NCBI GenBank assembly: GCA_019323555.1
Contig: JAHWHC010000014.1
Location: 1 to 51,051 of the forward strand
Direction of reading: 5' to 3'
Origin: Candidatus Woesearchaeota archaeon
GTDB taxonomy: Archaea > Nanobdellota > Nanobdellia > Woesearchaeales > ARS49
Length of the DNA: 51,051 nt
A program made the position numbers and the translations under genes. This document shows, piece after piece, positions 1-8,858 of this stretch (position 1 is the first letter of the stretch; each line of letters starts with the position of its first letter). The notes under the pieces are model-generated. The model had not been told where the DNA came from. It ran no database searches and saw only the letters and a list, made by a program, of their open reading frames with translations.

Positions 1-1063
1 CGCCAAGATTCACAATAATATTTTTGTATTTCTTTAATTCTGGATTAATTTCAGAAATGTCTGTATCTCCATACCCTGTTGGTCTCTTAGACAGTATGCT
101 TTTGCCTAGGTAATAAACAACAACAGGAAGTATCACGTTATACAGTGTTGCAATATGCCACCATTTTACATTTTCCATGAAGCTTACAACAAGCGGCAGT
201 ATGACCAGGCCTAATATTGGCAGGATAACGCCCATCATGTGCAGCATTGTGATTGGTGATTTCAGGTTTTGTGCATAGTGAAGCATCTTTTCATAGGTCT
301 CTGATAATATCACGTCCAGTGATTTGTCAAGCATTGCAAGCCTTCTCTCTTCTGATGTTTCATAAAGCGAGCTCTCAACTAAATGAAATGCTTCTACAAA
401 TTCATTGTTCCATTTTTTCCAGGTCTCTAGGTATATATCTAGTGCTGCTTTTACAGATTCATATTTTCCTGCCTCCACATCCCATATTATTTTCTTTAAG
501 TCAAGAGACAATGGGGGGCTAAGATGGTCAGAGGCAAACTCTATTGCGTTCTCTAGGTTGGATGTGTGTCTCATGAATGTAACGACATAAAAGATGCATA
601 AGACCATTTGGTTGCTTGCCTTCATTCGCCAGTTGTTTGCCAAGAAATCAGGCATTCTGTTCAGCACCACTATCAGTGCAATTCCGAACAGCATAAATAT
701 CATCACAAAGAATAATGATCCTATTAATAGGCTGAATGCTGCTCCCAGCAGCATTATTGCGACAGGCAGTAAGTATGCCAGTGCCTGCACTCCTGTGGGG
801 GTTATGTTCAAATGGCAGATATTGATTGATTCCTGAAGTGCCTCTGCTTTTTCTGGTTTTACTTTTATTTTTAGTATCTTTTCGCAGAAATTGCATGCTT
901 TTTCATAGAGTGTCATGTGCTTTGGCATTGCCTCTATCTTGAACTGCTTGTACTCTCTTGTGAATGTTCTCTCAGATGGGCCCAGCTCTCTTAGCTCTAG
1001 TTCTGACTGCAGTTTTTGTTTGTACCTTGCTACCAAGTCCTTTACATCTGTTTGGTTTGCCAT
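1..1063 (-). CDS. FlaJ/TadC-like polytopic membrane platform protein of a type IV pilus/archaellum-like apparatus (C-terminal part lies beyond the window)
   Basis: Not in the ORF track because there is no in-window stop. Hand translation of the minus strand from ATG 1063..1061 stays open to nt 1 (MANQTDVKDLVARYKQKLQSELELRELGPSERTF...). It contains long hydrophobic runs (LAYLLPVAIMLLGAAFSLLIGSLFFVMIFMLFGIALIVVL; HMMGVILPILGLVILPLVVSF). It starts 1 nt after the stop of the FlaI-like ATPase, the usual flaI-flaJ order. Confidence 0.6.
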   Translation of the reverse strand, partial: MANQTDVKDLVARYKQKLQSELELRELGPSERTFTREYKQFKIEAMPKHMTLYEKACNFCEKILKIKVKPEKAEALQESINICHLNITPTGVQALAYLLPVAIMLLGAAFSLLIGSLFFVMIFMLFGIALIVVLNRMPDFLANNWRMKASNQMVLCIFYVVTFMRHTSNLENAIEFASDHLSPPLSLDLKKIIWDVEAGKYESVKAALDIYLETWKKWNNEFVEAFHLVESSLYETSEERRLAMLDKSLDVILSETYEKMLHYAQNLKSPITMLHMMGVILPILGLVILPLVVSFMENVKWWHIATLYNVILPVVVYYLGKSILSKRPTGYGDTDISEINPELKKYKNIIVNLG

Positions 1064-1064
1064 A

Positions 1065-3326
1065 TTAGAATTTCATCTTCTTGATGTGCCTTTTCATCCA
1101 TTCATTCCACCTGAAGAGTATCTGCTTGCTGTCCAGGCTTCCTACATCTTGCTTTACCTCGTCGGATATTCTGTGGAATTGGTCATTTGCCAGGACTGTG
1201 AAGTCTGCCTCTAGTATGTTGTCATTTTTTGTTTTGTCTGCTGCCTGGACTATAGCCTCTTTTATTTTTGCTCTTAGCTCTATGTTGTCCCACACTGCAT
1301 CCCAGTTTCCTGCCCAGTCTCGCACACTTCCTGCGATGTTTTTTATGACTTCAGAATCTCCGTTAAGCAGGTCTCTTGTTGCTATTAGCTTATCGGTCAT
1401 TGCATCATATTTTAGAAGGTCGACAAATCCTCCCTCTCTTAGAGGGTCTTCTTCCCACTGTTTTCTGACTTCTGTGATTTGTGTTATTCTTCTCATTCTG
1501 TGCAGTCCGTCAGGGCTCCTGACAGGATTTGCAACGCATATTACATCTGTTGCCTTGAAGCTTGTTCTTGGTACTTGCAGGTCATTGACAACTCTGTCAA
1601 ATACGCCGTATGGTGAATCGCCGTGGATTGTTCCTGCAACTACGTTTGCTAAAGCACCCACTCTCATTGCTTCATAGAGTGCTTTTGCTTCTGTGCTTCT
1701 GACCTCTCCAACTATCAAGCTTGAATCCCCTAGACGCAGTGTTGTTCTTATTCCCTCATCCGCACTAACCTCTGTTGTTCCTCTTGTCATTGCACTTGCT
1801 ACTTTCATTGATTGGATGTTGTAGTTCAGATCCCGTAATGCTTTGACAGGTAGTTCTAAAGTGTCTTCTATTGTGATTATTCTTCCCTTTCTCATTATCT
1901 CTACCATCACTGATCCTAGGAAGCTTGTTTTTCCTGCGCTTCTTGTTCCTGCAACAAGCATTGTTCTTGCGCCGTCTATCAAGAAGCTCATCACTCCTGC
2001 TGCTTGTGCAGTTATCATTCCTGTCTTGATGAATAAAGGCAGGGTCCAGGGCTTATCACGGTGTCTTCTCAGAGCAAATGCAATCCCGTGGGGATCTAAT
2101 GGCTCTGTGATTGCCGCGACTCTAGCTCTTGCTCCTGGCAGTACTAGTTCTGTATCTAGTATTGGATTTGCTTCATCCAATGGCCTGCCAGAGATCATTC
2201 TGAGCTTAGACGCCCAGGACTCTGCTTCTGTGGGGGTTGGAATTATGTTTGTGTAGCAGTCGCCGTACTCTCCGTGGTTGATGAATATCGGCGTTCTGCC
2301 CATTGGGCTGTTGATTGTGATATCCTGCACTTTTTGGTCTTGTAACAGGACTTCTATCAGTCCAAATCCTACTGTGTACCTTACAAGTATTTTTGTGAGC
2401 TCATCTCTCTCTTTTTTTCTTAGTGCGTAGTTTCTGTATCCAGAGAGTTCTTCCAGAAGGTCTGCACCCACATTGTTGAAGACCTCCCGCATTCTTTCTG
2501 GATCAACGAATTCGCTTCTTTTTGGCTTGTGCTCTGCCATTATTTTTCTTGCAGCATCAAGCAGCTCGTATTTCTCCTCTGTCAAGCGGAATTCTGGCGG
2601 TATTATGTGATACAGGTTCTGTACAGTGTTCGGCATTGTGAACACTGTTACTTCTGTGCCGTCTACTTCATAAGAATCGACTTCTTCTGCATCAGTGGGA
2701 TAGGATGACATCAGTTTTGTGTACATGAAATCTGGTTTTACCAGCGGTGCAAAAAGAAGCCTGTAAACCTCTCTGTCCCCTATCTTGAATCCAGCCAGGT
2801 GCGGTGTTGCTAATTGTATTATTTTTGTTTTTTCAAGGCTTGATGTTATGTCCTGCATTAAGGTAAAGTATTGCTGTAAGCAGGAGACGCCTTCTTTAGG
2901 TATTATTTTTCTCTCTACAAGGCTGTGCTCGTGTCTTTGTGTTCTTTTTAATTGTACATACGTTCCTACAGGGTCTGATTTTAGGTGCTGGAAAATTAGG
3001 TTCTGCATAGCAACGTATCTTGGGTCTACATATCTTCTGCATTGCGGTGATGCCAATAATCCTTTCTTGAGTTTGTGTTTTAGTATGTCTTTGTAGAGCC
3101 TTGCTATCTCCAGTAGCATCTGTGTTTGGCTGTAATCATATTCATAGTCTCTTTTCTGCGTGATGATTATTCTTGTTGCATTGCCTGTCTCTGCAAGGAT
3201 ATCAATCACCAGGTCCATTGTTTTTGGAGAGTCCTCTATTGATGGAAAGAAAGTGCACTCTTCGCAATTTATCCTGATTGTTATCTCTTCCCCTTCTCTT
3301 ACTATCTCATAATCTCCGCAGGGCAT
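1065..3326 (-). CDS. FlaI/GspE/VirB11-family secretion ATPase (archaeal type IV pilus/archaellum assembly ATPase), 753 aa with extended N-terminus
   Basis: Walker A in LVAGTRSAGKTSFLG, followed by IITIEDTLELP and SLIVGEVRSTEA blocks typical of this family. A FlaJ-like gene lies immediately downstream. Confidence 0.85.
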   Translation of the reverse strand: MPCGDYEIVREGEEITIRINCEECTFFPSIEDSPKTMDLVIDILAETGNATRIIITQKRDYEYDYSQTQMLLEIARLYKDILKHKLKKGLLASPQCRRYVDPRYVAMQNLIFQHLKSDPVGTYVQLKRTQRHEHSLVERKIIPKEGVSCLQQYFTLMQDITSSLEKTKIIQLATPHLAGFKIGDREVYRLLFAPLVKPDFMYTKLMSSYPTDAEEVDSYEVDGTEVTVFTMPNTVQNLYHIIPPEFRLTEEKYELLDAARKIMAEHKPKRSEFVDPERMREVFNNVGADLLEELSGYRNYALRKKERDELTKILVRYTVGFGLIEVLLQDQKVQDITINSPMGRTPIFINHGEYGDCYTNIIPTPTEAESWASKLRMISGRPLDEANPILDTELVLPGARARVAAITEPLDPHGIAFALRRHRDKPWTLPLFIKTGMITAQAAGVMSFLIDGARTMLVAGTRSAGKTSFLGSVMVEIMRKGRIITIEDTLELPVKALRDLNYNIQSMKVASAMTRGTTEVSADEGIRTTLRLGDSSLIVGEVRSTEAKALYEAMRVGALANVVAGTIHGDSPYGVFDRVVNDLQVPRTSFKATDVICVANPVRSPDGLHRMRRITQITEVRKQWEEDPLREGGFVDLLKYDAMTDKLIATRDLLNGDSEVIKNIAGSVRDWAGNWDAVWDNIELRAKIKEAIVQAADKTKNDNILEADFTVLANDQFHRISDEVKQDVGSLDSKQILFRWNEWMKRHIKKMKF

Positions 3327-3327
3327 T

Positions 3328-3474
3328 TTAGTCTCTCTCCTCCTCTTTTAGTTTTTCAAGCGCAATCTCGATCAAGTGAGACTTGTTTCTGTATTTTTTT
3401 CGCTCCTTAGAAACCTTTTTTTCAAGCCACTTGATTAGGTCTTCATCTATTGTTGCAGATATTGGTTTTTTCAT
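3328..3474 (-). CDS. Ribbon-helix-helix (CopG/Arc/MetJ-like) small DNA-binding protein
   Basis: 48-aa ORF below the track cutoff: MKKPISATIDEDLIKWLEKKVSKERKKYRNKSHLIEIALEKLKEEERD. It has the beta-strand plus two-helix pattern. Its TAA (3328-3330) lies 1 nt before the FlaI-like ATG (3326). Confidence 0.55.
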   Translation of the reverse strand: MKKPISATIDEDLIKWLEKKVSKERKKYRNKSHLIEIALEKLKEEERD

Positions 3475-3616
3475 TGTTTTAGGCTAATAAAAACATGTTA
3501 TTTTATATATTTTATGTTTTTTCTTAATATATAATATATTTTATATGATACTTTATTAGCTTTGTCAACCACTCTCGTATGGTTACACAAGTTTATTATT
3601 TGAGTAGTGATTCAGT

Positions 3617-4099
3617 ATGAAAATGGCAGATATTCCCGCATCAAAGCCAGGTGCAGAGCCAAGAGCAGGCATGTTTGGGGGCAAATCACCTATGCCAGAG
3701 CCCCTGGGCGGCAGAGCAGAAGATGACCTGACTAAGGTAGCTGCAAGGCTTAAGATATCTGAAGAAAGGTATAGCGAATTAAGAAAAAAGCTGCTGTTGA
3801 TAGAACAGAACATGCTTTCTCACCACAAGAAAGCAATGAATGAGATTAAGATCCTGCAGTCAGAGATAACAGACATCAATTCCAAGATTAATGAGATTCA
3901 GGACAGGATATTGCTTATTGTAAAGGAATTAAGGCTGACCGCAAAGAGAGAGGATATTGATGTAATGAAGAAATATGTTGAATTATGGAATCCTATGCGT
4001 TTTGTCACAAGAGAGCAGGTTGAGAACATTGTTCAAGAACTTGTTGATCAAGGAAACAGCGGAACAGTTAAAAGAGAAAAAACACCAAAAGATTTATAA
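3617..4099 (+). CDS. Coiled-coil protein, function unknown
   Basis: 160-aa ORF with heptad-rich centre (SEERYSELRKKLLLIEQNMLSHHKKAMNEIKILQSEITDINSKINEIQDRILLIV). A TATA-like tttattattt sits at 3592-3601. Divergent from the RHH-flaI-flaJ operon. Confidence 0.6.
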   Translation: MKMADIPASKPGAEPRAGMFGGKSPMPEPLGGRAEDDLTKVAARLKISEERYSELRKKLLLIEQNMLSHHKKAMNEIKILQSEITDINSKINEIQDRILLIVKELRLTAKREDIDVMKKYVELWNPMRFVTREQVENIVQELVDQGNSGTVKREKTPKDL

Positions 4100-4137
4100 A
4101 ATAAATTACTAATTAAATTTTAAAAAAGAGGTATAAT

Positions 4138-4800
4138 ATGGCATTTATGGATATGTTCAAAGGAAAGAAGAAAGCGCCTCCTTCTCCGCCGCCTTTTCCT
4201 AGCACTCCGCCTGGAGCTCCTGCAGCTTCTTCAGATTATGGATTGCCTATTGATCAGGTGCAGGCTCTTAAGGATCGCGGAATGTCTGATGATCAGATTA
4301 TTAATAATTTGCAGGCGCAAGGTTATGATCCTGTTTCAATTAATAACGCAATTGCACAAGTAGATGCAGGCCCTCCTGCAGGCCCTATGTCTGATATTCC
4401 TGGCCTGCCTCCTCCAGAGCCTGAGCGGTTCAGGGGAAGGCCTTCTGATAGGGAGATGCCTTCTGAGAATGTTGAGGAGATTGCAGAGTCTATTGTCGAG
4501 GAAAAATGGAGCGAGCTCACAAAAGAGCTTGCCAAGTTTACTGAGTGGAAAGACAAGGCAGAGTCTCGTGTTGCAAAGGTTGAGCAGGAATTGCAGGATA
4601 TGAAAGACGATGTTGAGAATCTCCACAAGGCAATTGTTGCTAAGATTGGGGAATATGATAAGAATCTTCTTGATGTTGGCACAGAGATAAAGGCAATGGA
4701 GAAAGTTTTTCAAAAGGTTCTTCCAGAGCTTACTGGCAGTGTTTCTGAGCTGAGCAGGATAACTAAAGGTATTAAAGGAAAGAAGAAAACATCAGAATAA
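4138..4800 (+). CDS. Pro-rich / coiled-coil protein (tentatively FlaC-like accessory protein)
   Basis: 220-aa ORF preceded by SD-like gaggt. It has a Pro-rich N-terminus and a C-terminal coiled coil (ESRVAKVEQELQDMKDDVENLHKAIVAKIGEYDKNLLDVGTEIKAMEKVF). The FlaC resemblance is by eye only. Confidence 0.55.
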   Translation: MAFMDMFKGKKKAPPSPPPFPSTPPGAPAASSDYGLPIDQVQALKDRGMSDDQIINNLQAQGYDPVSINNAIAQVDAGPPAGPMSDIPGLPPPEPERFRGRPSDREMPSENVEEIAESIVEEKWSELTKELAKFTEWKDKAESRVAKVEQELQDMKDDVENLHKAIVAKIGEYDKNLLDVGTEIKAMEKVFQKVLPELTGSVSELSRITKGIKGKKKTSE

Positions 4801-4801
4801 G

Positions 4802-5371
4802 CTAAGAGCTTCCTGTTTGTGTGAGTTTCTGTATTGTAAATAAGGCAATCAGCAGTATCAATACAAGTCCAAGTACTTTTGGGTGGAATAAGGTTTCCCA
4901 GAATCCTACTTCTTCAGGTCCTGCATCAGATGGTACAACTGATGCATTTTCTCCTGTTGTCAATGGCTGGAATCCTTTTTCTTGTGATATCACTGTTGAT
5001 AAGGATCCTAGTCCTATTATCAATACAAGTGCTAATACCCAGTACCCAAAGTCTGTTGCATACCTTCCTGTTGTGATTGTCTCAATTATTGTATCTTCCT
5101 TGACTCCAAATGCAACATATGCCATGAATACTAGCAGCATGAAGACAAACAATAGCACAAACCATGGCGCCATCATATTTATTGTCTTGACAACAACTGG
5201 GTTGAACATTGCAAGTACTGCCAGTGCAAATGATATTATGAAGCATATTGCCTGGTTTTCCTTGAACCAAGAGATTCTTGTCAAGACTACATATCCTAAT
5301 ACTAGTATCAGTAAGAAAGGAAAAATTACATCAAACTTTTGCAGTAATCCAATATCTAGTGGTGTTGCCAT
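4802..5371 (-). CDS. Multi-pass membrane protein, paralog 3 of a tandem triplet (unknown family)
   Basis: 189 aa. N-terminal motif FDVIFPFLLILVLGYVVL is shared with the two upstream paralogs. Several hydrophobic helices. Confidence 0.7.
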   Translation of the reverse strand: MATPLDIGLLQKFDVIFPFLLILVLGYVVLTRISWFKENQAICFIISFALAVLAMFNPVVVKTINMMAPWFVLLFVFMLLVFMAYVAFGVKEDTIIETITTGRYATDFGYWVLALVLIIGLGSLSTVISQEKGFQPLTTGENASVVPSDAGPEEVGFWETLFHPKVLGLVLILLIALFTIQKLTQTGSS

Positions 5372-5372
5372 T

Positions 5373-5951
5373 TTATTGTTTTGGTATTTTTTTGAATAAG
5401 CTTGTTATGTGCTGTCCTACTGTTTTTGATTCTTTTGGTTCGTGTGTCACGTATAGGAATATCAGTCCAAACACTACCAGCACAATGATTAACGTCTGTA
5501 TCTCTGGTGATAAGTAGCTTAGTATGGGTATCTCTATGATGTTGGATAAGAAGATTCCAACTAAAATTAATGCTGCGATGATTGCTGCTATTCCTGCCAG
5601 TGGCGTCTCTCCAGGCCATTCCCCATAAAGAAGGCCCATCATGACCATCAGCAAGACAACTGCGACTATAAGCAGTACTGTTTCTGGTAGTGATGCGTTC
5701 ATTATCGCGATTACATCCATTCCAGGAGGGTATGTTCCTAATATGTGCGGCACTATCGCTGTCAATGTTATCGCGAGTGCGATTAATGCATTGAATCTTT
5801 TTCCTTCATCTCCAAATAAGTTTATTTTCTGTAAGACAGCATAAAGGATAGTGAATATTAGTACAAAAGGCACTAGCACATCTAGTATTCCCCACTGCTG
5901 TAAGTAATAGAATGTGTCTTGAAACATGCCTCCGCCGTATTGGAATAACAT
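5373..5951 (-). CDS. Multi-pass membrane protein, paralog 2 of a tandem triplet (unknown family)
   Basis: 192 aa. Motif WGILDVLVPFVLIFTILYAVLQKINLFG. One-nt spacing to the next paralog. Confidence 0.7.
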   Translation of the reverse strand: MLFQYGGGMFQDTFYYLQQWGILDVLVPFVLIFTILYAVLQKINLFGDEGKRFNALIALAITLTAIVPHILGTYPPGMDVIAIMNASLPETVLLIVAVVLLMVMMGLLYGEWPGETPLAGIAAIIAALILVGIFLSNIIEIPILSYLSPEIQTLIIVLVVFGLIFLYVTHEPKESKTVGQHITSLFKKIPKQ

Positions 5952-5968
5952 TTTTGCACCTCTTGTGA

Positions 5969-6556
5969 TTATTTATTTTCAGGTTCTGATTTTTTACCGC
6001 GCAGGAATTCTGGCGGGGATACCATTATCCAAACAAATACAATAATTCCTACTATCAGGACTATTGACGCAACTGCAGTACTTGTCCAGAACTGCCTTAT
6101 CCAGTTGATGAACAGCTCAAGCCAGCTTATTCCTGAATCTGTTTTTATTGCGTATAGGAATATGAATACAATTCCCACAAACATTATTATCATGAATATG
6201 TATCTCCACCACCCTGTTAATGCCACATCTTCATCTGACTTGAAGAATGTTCCTACAAGCATCAGGAAGAATACAGATAATAATAGCAAAATGATTATGT
6301 TTGCAGATACCATTGTTATTGCTTCCACAAGTTTTCCAGAAGCTATCACCAGGAAGCCTATTACAAATGCAACCATTGCATTCAGGTTTTTCTTGGTGTA
6401 TTTCTTTCCCTCAATCTCTTCTGAGCCGAGGATTTTGGTTTTTTCTAGTATAGCGAATACTATTGTGAACGTCAATAAGAACGGCAGAACAACATCATAA
6501 ATTCCTATTTTCTGCAAAAAACCGATTACATTACCTAATATTGATGCCATATTCAT
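5969..6556 (-). CDS. Multi-pass membrane protein, paralog 1 of a tandem triplet (unknown family)
   Basis: 195 aa. Motif IGIYDVVLPFLLTFTIVFAILEKTKILG. Same size and topology as the two downstream paralogs. Confidence 0.7.
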   Translation of the reverse strand: MNMASILGNVIGFLQKIGIYDVVLPFLLTFTIVFAILEKTKILGSEEIEGKKYTKKNLNAMVAFVIGFLVIASGKLVEAITMVSANIIILLLLSVFFLMLVGTFFKSDEDVALTGWWRYIFMIIMFVGIVFIFLYAIKTDSGISWLELFINWIRQFWTSTAVASIVLIVGIIVFVWIMVSPPEFLRGKKSEPENK

Positions 6557-6651
6557 CCCTTTTTTTCTTTACTGAAAAAATTCTCTTTAGTATATATAAA
6601 CTTTTCGTTATAAACAAAAGGTTTATATTGTCTGGCTTTATAAATGCCCCT

Positions 6652-7236
6652 ATGATAAATAAAAAATCTTTTACAGCAATGCGCAAGGAAATTGAGCAGT
6701 TTGATTCTCTAAGGGAAGATCTGATCAAGACCTCCAGGGATTTGTTAAAGCTCTCTAAAGCAACTATCTACAACATTCACAGGCATGATATTTCAGAGGC
6801 TGCCAAGCAGCTGACAAAAGCCAAGACCATAATCAAGAAGATGAACTCTTTTATCAAGAAGAACGCCGCCCTTGTCTCTGTTGGAGCGTATTCAGAGGCA
6901 CTGGAAGAATATGTTGAGGCAGCGACCTATTATGGTTTCATCAAGAACAGCAAGTTGCCTACTGCTAAAGAGCTTGGGGTGGACACTGTGGTCTATCTTC
7001 AGGGCTTGTGTGATTTAGTGGGTGAATTAGTCAGGAAGGCTATTAATTCCAGCATCAAGGGTGATTTCAAGACAGCTCTAAAGATCAGGGATTTTGTCTC
7101 AGATGTATACGGAGAGTTGATGATGTTTGATTTCAGGAACAGTCCTGTTCGAAGAAAGTTTGATGCTATCAAGTATGGATTGGATAAACTAGAAAACTTA
7201 ATTCTTGAACTTAAGTTAAAGAAAAAGATAAAATGA
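6652..7236 (+). CDS. Translin-family protein
   Basis: Helical protein with LQGLCDLVGELVRKA and VRRKFDAIKYGLDKLE blocks typical of translin/TRAX. The start is placed at ATG 6652 (MINKKSF) rather than the track start 6541; ATG 6679 is also possible. Confidence 0.6.
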   Translation: MINKKSFTAMRKEIEQFDSLREDLIKTSRDLLKLSKATIYNIHRHDISEAAKQLTKAKTIIKKMNSFIKKNAALVSVGAYSEALEEYVEAATYYGFIKNSKLPTAKELGVDTVVYLQGLCDLVGELVRKAINSSIKGDFKTALKIRDFVSDVYGELMMFDFRNSPVRRKFDAIKYGLDKLENLILELKLKKKIK

Positions 7237-8174
7237 AAAACGCAGCAAGGATTGCCCTGACTCAGTGTTTGGGTGTAAAAAAGAAAGATTCTGTTCTGAT
7301 TGTTACTGATAAGCCTAAGAAAAAGATTGCAGAAGCATTTTTTTATGAAGCAATGCCTCTTGCAAGGCATGTTCTTTTAGTTACTATTCCTGTTGGAAAG
7401 ATCGATGGCGAAGAACCTCCTAAATTAGTAGGAGAAGTGATGAAGAAATATGATGTTCTTTGTTTGATAACCACAAAGTCTCTCTCTCACACTAATGCCA
7501 CCTCTGCTGCCAGGAAAAAAGGTGCAAGGATTGCCTCTATGCCAGATATTACTGTTGGTATGGCTAAGCGCTGCCTGCCTGTTGATTACAAGAAGATGGT
7601 TTCTCTTAATAAGAAACTGCTTAAAATACTTAAGAAGACGCATACCGTGCGTATCACTACAGCAAAAGGCACGGATTTTAGTGTTGTTGCTAAAGGCAGG
7701 AGGTTGTTTGATGACAGCGGTATTTTGACTAAGAAAGGTTCTTTGGGAAATCTTCCTGCTGGTGAGATTGCTTTTGCTCCGCTTGAGGCAAAGTCCCAGG
7801 GTGTTTTTGTTGTTGATGCCTCTATTCTGGATTTCCTTGTAAAGAAGCCAATAACTATCAAAGTAAAGAATGGTTATGCTTATGAGATTACAGGAGGTAA
7901 AGAGGCAAAGACTCTCTTGAAGACAATCAAGCCGCTTGGCAAAGCTGCTTTTAATATTGCAGAGTTGGGTATTGGTACAAATCCTAAGGCCAAGATCACT
8001 GGCAATGTTCTTGAGGATGAGAAGGTTATAAGCACTTGTCACGTTGCTCTTGGAAATAGCAAGGGCCTGGGTGGAAAAATATATGCAAAATGCCATCTTG
8101 ATGGCGTTATTAAGAAGCCAACTATTTTCTTTGACAAGAAATGCATAATGAAAAACGGAAAGTTTTTAATATAG
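7233..8174 (+). CDS. Aminopeptidase (AmpS/M29-like)
   Basis: 313 aa with GNLPAGEIAFAPLE, ELGIGTNPKA, EDEKV..TCHVALG and CHLDG blocks typical of thermophilic metallo-aminopeptidase-like proteins. ATGA overlap with the translin gene. Confidence 0.55.
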   Translation: MKNAARIALTQCLGVKKKDSVLIVTDKPKKKIAEAFFYEAMPLARHVLLVTIPVGKIDGEEPPKLVGEVMKKYDVLCLITTKSLSHTNATSAARKKGARIASMPDITVGMAKRCLPVDYKKMVSLNKKLLKILKKTHTVRITTAKGTDFSVVAKGRRLFDDSGILTKKGSLGNLPAGEIAFAPLEAKSQGVFVVDASILDFLVKKPITIKVKNGYAYEITGGKEAKTLLKTIKPLGKAAFNIAELGIGTNPKAKITGNVLEDEKVISTCHVALGNSKGLGGKIYAKCHLDGVIKKPTIFFDKKCIMKNGKFLI

Positions 8175-8203
8175 TTTTTATTATGTCTTTTTGAGGTGGT
8201 TTT

Positions 8204-8803
8204 ATGAGGAAATTTGTTTTTCTTCTGCTGATTTTTTTAGTTGGTTGTGCAGCAAAAACCCCTACAATATCTGCTAATGCTGAGGTGAATGATATGTCTA
8301 AAGTCTTGTTTGTTATTGCTCACGAAGGTTTTCGTGATGAAGAATGTTTTGAGCCAAAAGAGGTTCTGAAAGATCATGAAGTGATTATTGCCAGTACAGA
8401 CACGAGTCCTGCAACTGGTTCTTTAGGAGGCACAATAACTCCTGATATAACTATTGATGAAGCCTTGAATAGGATTGATGAGTTTGATGCAGTTGTGTTT
8501 GTTGGCGGTCCTGGTGCTAATGTTTATTTTGAGAATCCGACAGCTCATAAGATTGCGCAGAGTGCAAAGAATATTCTTGCAGCCATCTGTATTGCTCCGA
8601 TTACTCTTGCAAAAGCAGGTGTTCTTGAGGGCAAGAAAGCAACTGTCTGGGATGATGGCCAAAAGACGCAGGCAAAGATGCTGGAAGATGCAGGTGCTGC
8701 GTATGTTGCAGAAGATGTTGTTGTTGACGGCAATCTGATAACTGCTAACGGCCCTAAGGCTGCTAAGAAGTTTGGCGAGGCTATTCTTGCCAAATTGTCT
8801 TAA
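8204..8803 (+). CDS. DJ-1/PfpI-family protein with lipoprotein-type signal peptide
   Basis: N-terminus MRKFVFLLLIFLVGCAAK carries a lipobox-like LVGC. Nucleophile elbow AAICIAPITLAKAG. SD gaggtgg lies upstream. Confidence 0.7.
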   Translation: MRKFVFLLLIFLVGCAAKTPTISANAEVNDMSKVLFVIAHEGFRDEECFEPKEVLKDHEVIIASTDTSPATGSLGGTITPDITIDEALNRIDEFDAVVFVGGPGANVYFENPTAHKIAQSAKNILAAICIAPITLAKAGVLEGKKATVWDDGQKTQAKMLEDAGAAYVAEDVVVDGNLITANGPKAAKKFGEAILAKLS

Positions 8804-8858
8804 TTTTTATTTTTAAAGAGGAAAAGACTTAAATACTTCTGCCTGTTTTTTCTCGGTT

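Noticed and set aside
6541-6651. Upstream extensions of several track ORFs: 6541-6651 (translin), 41037-41159 (dys), 11298-11357 (tgt), 21320-21328 (phoU-like), 30468-30479 (truD), 46862-46912, 47538-47672 (archease) and 28802-28852 (adk).
   Set aside because: The extensions encode hydrophobic or atypical sequence absent from the protein families. They also contain the TATA/SD signals that point to the internal ATG used in my calls.
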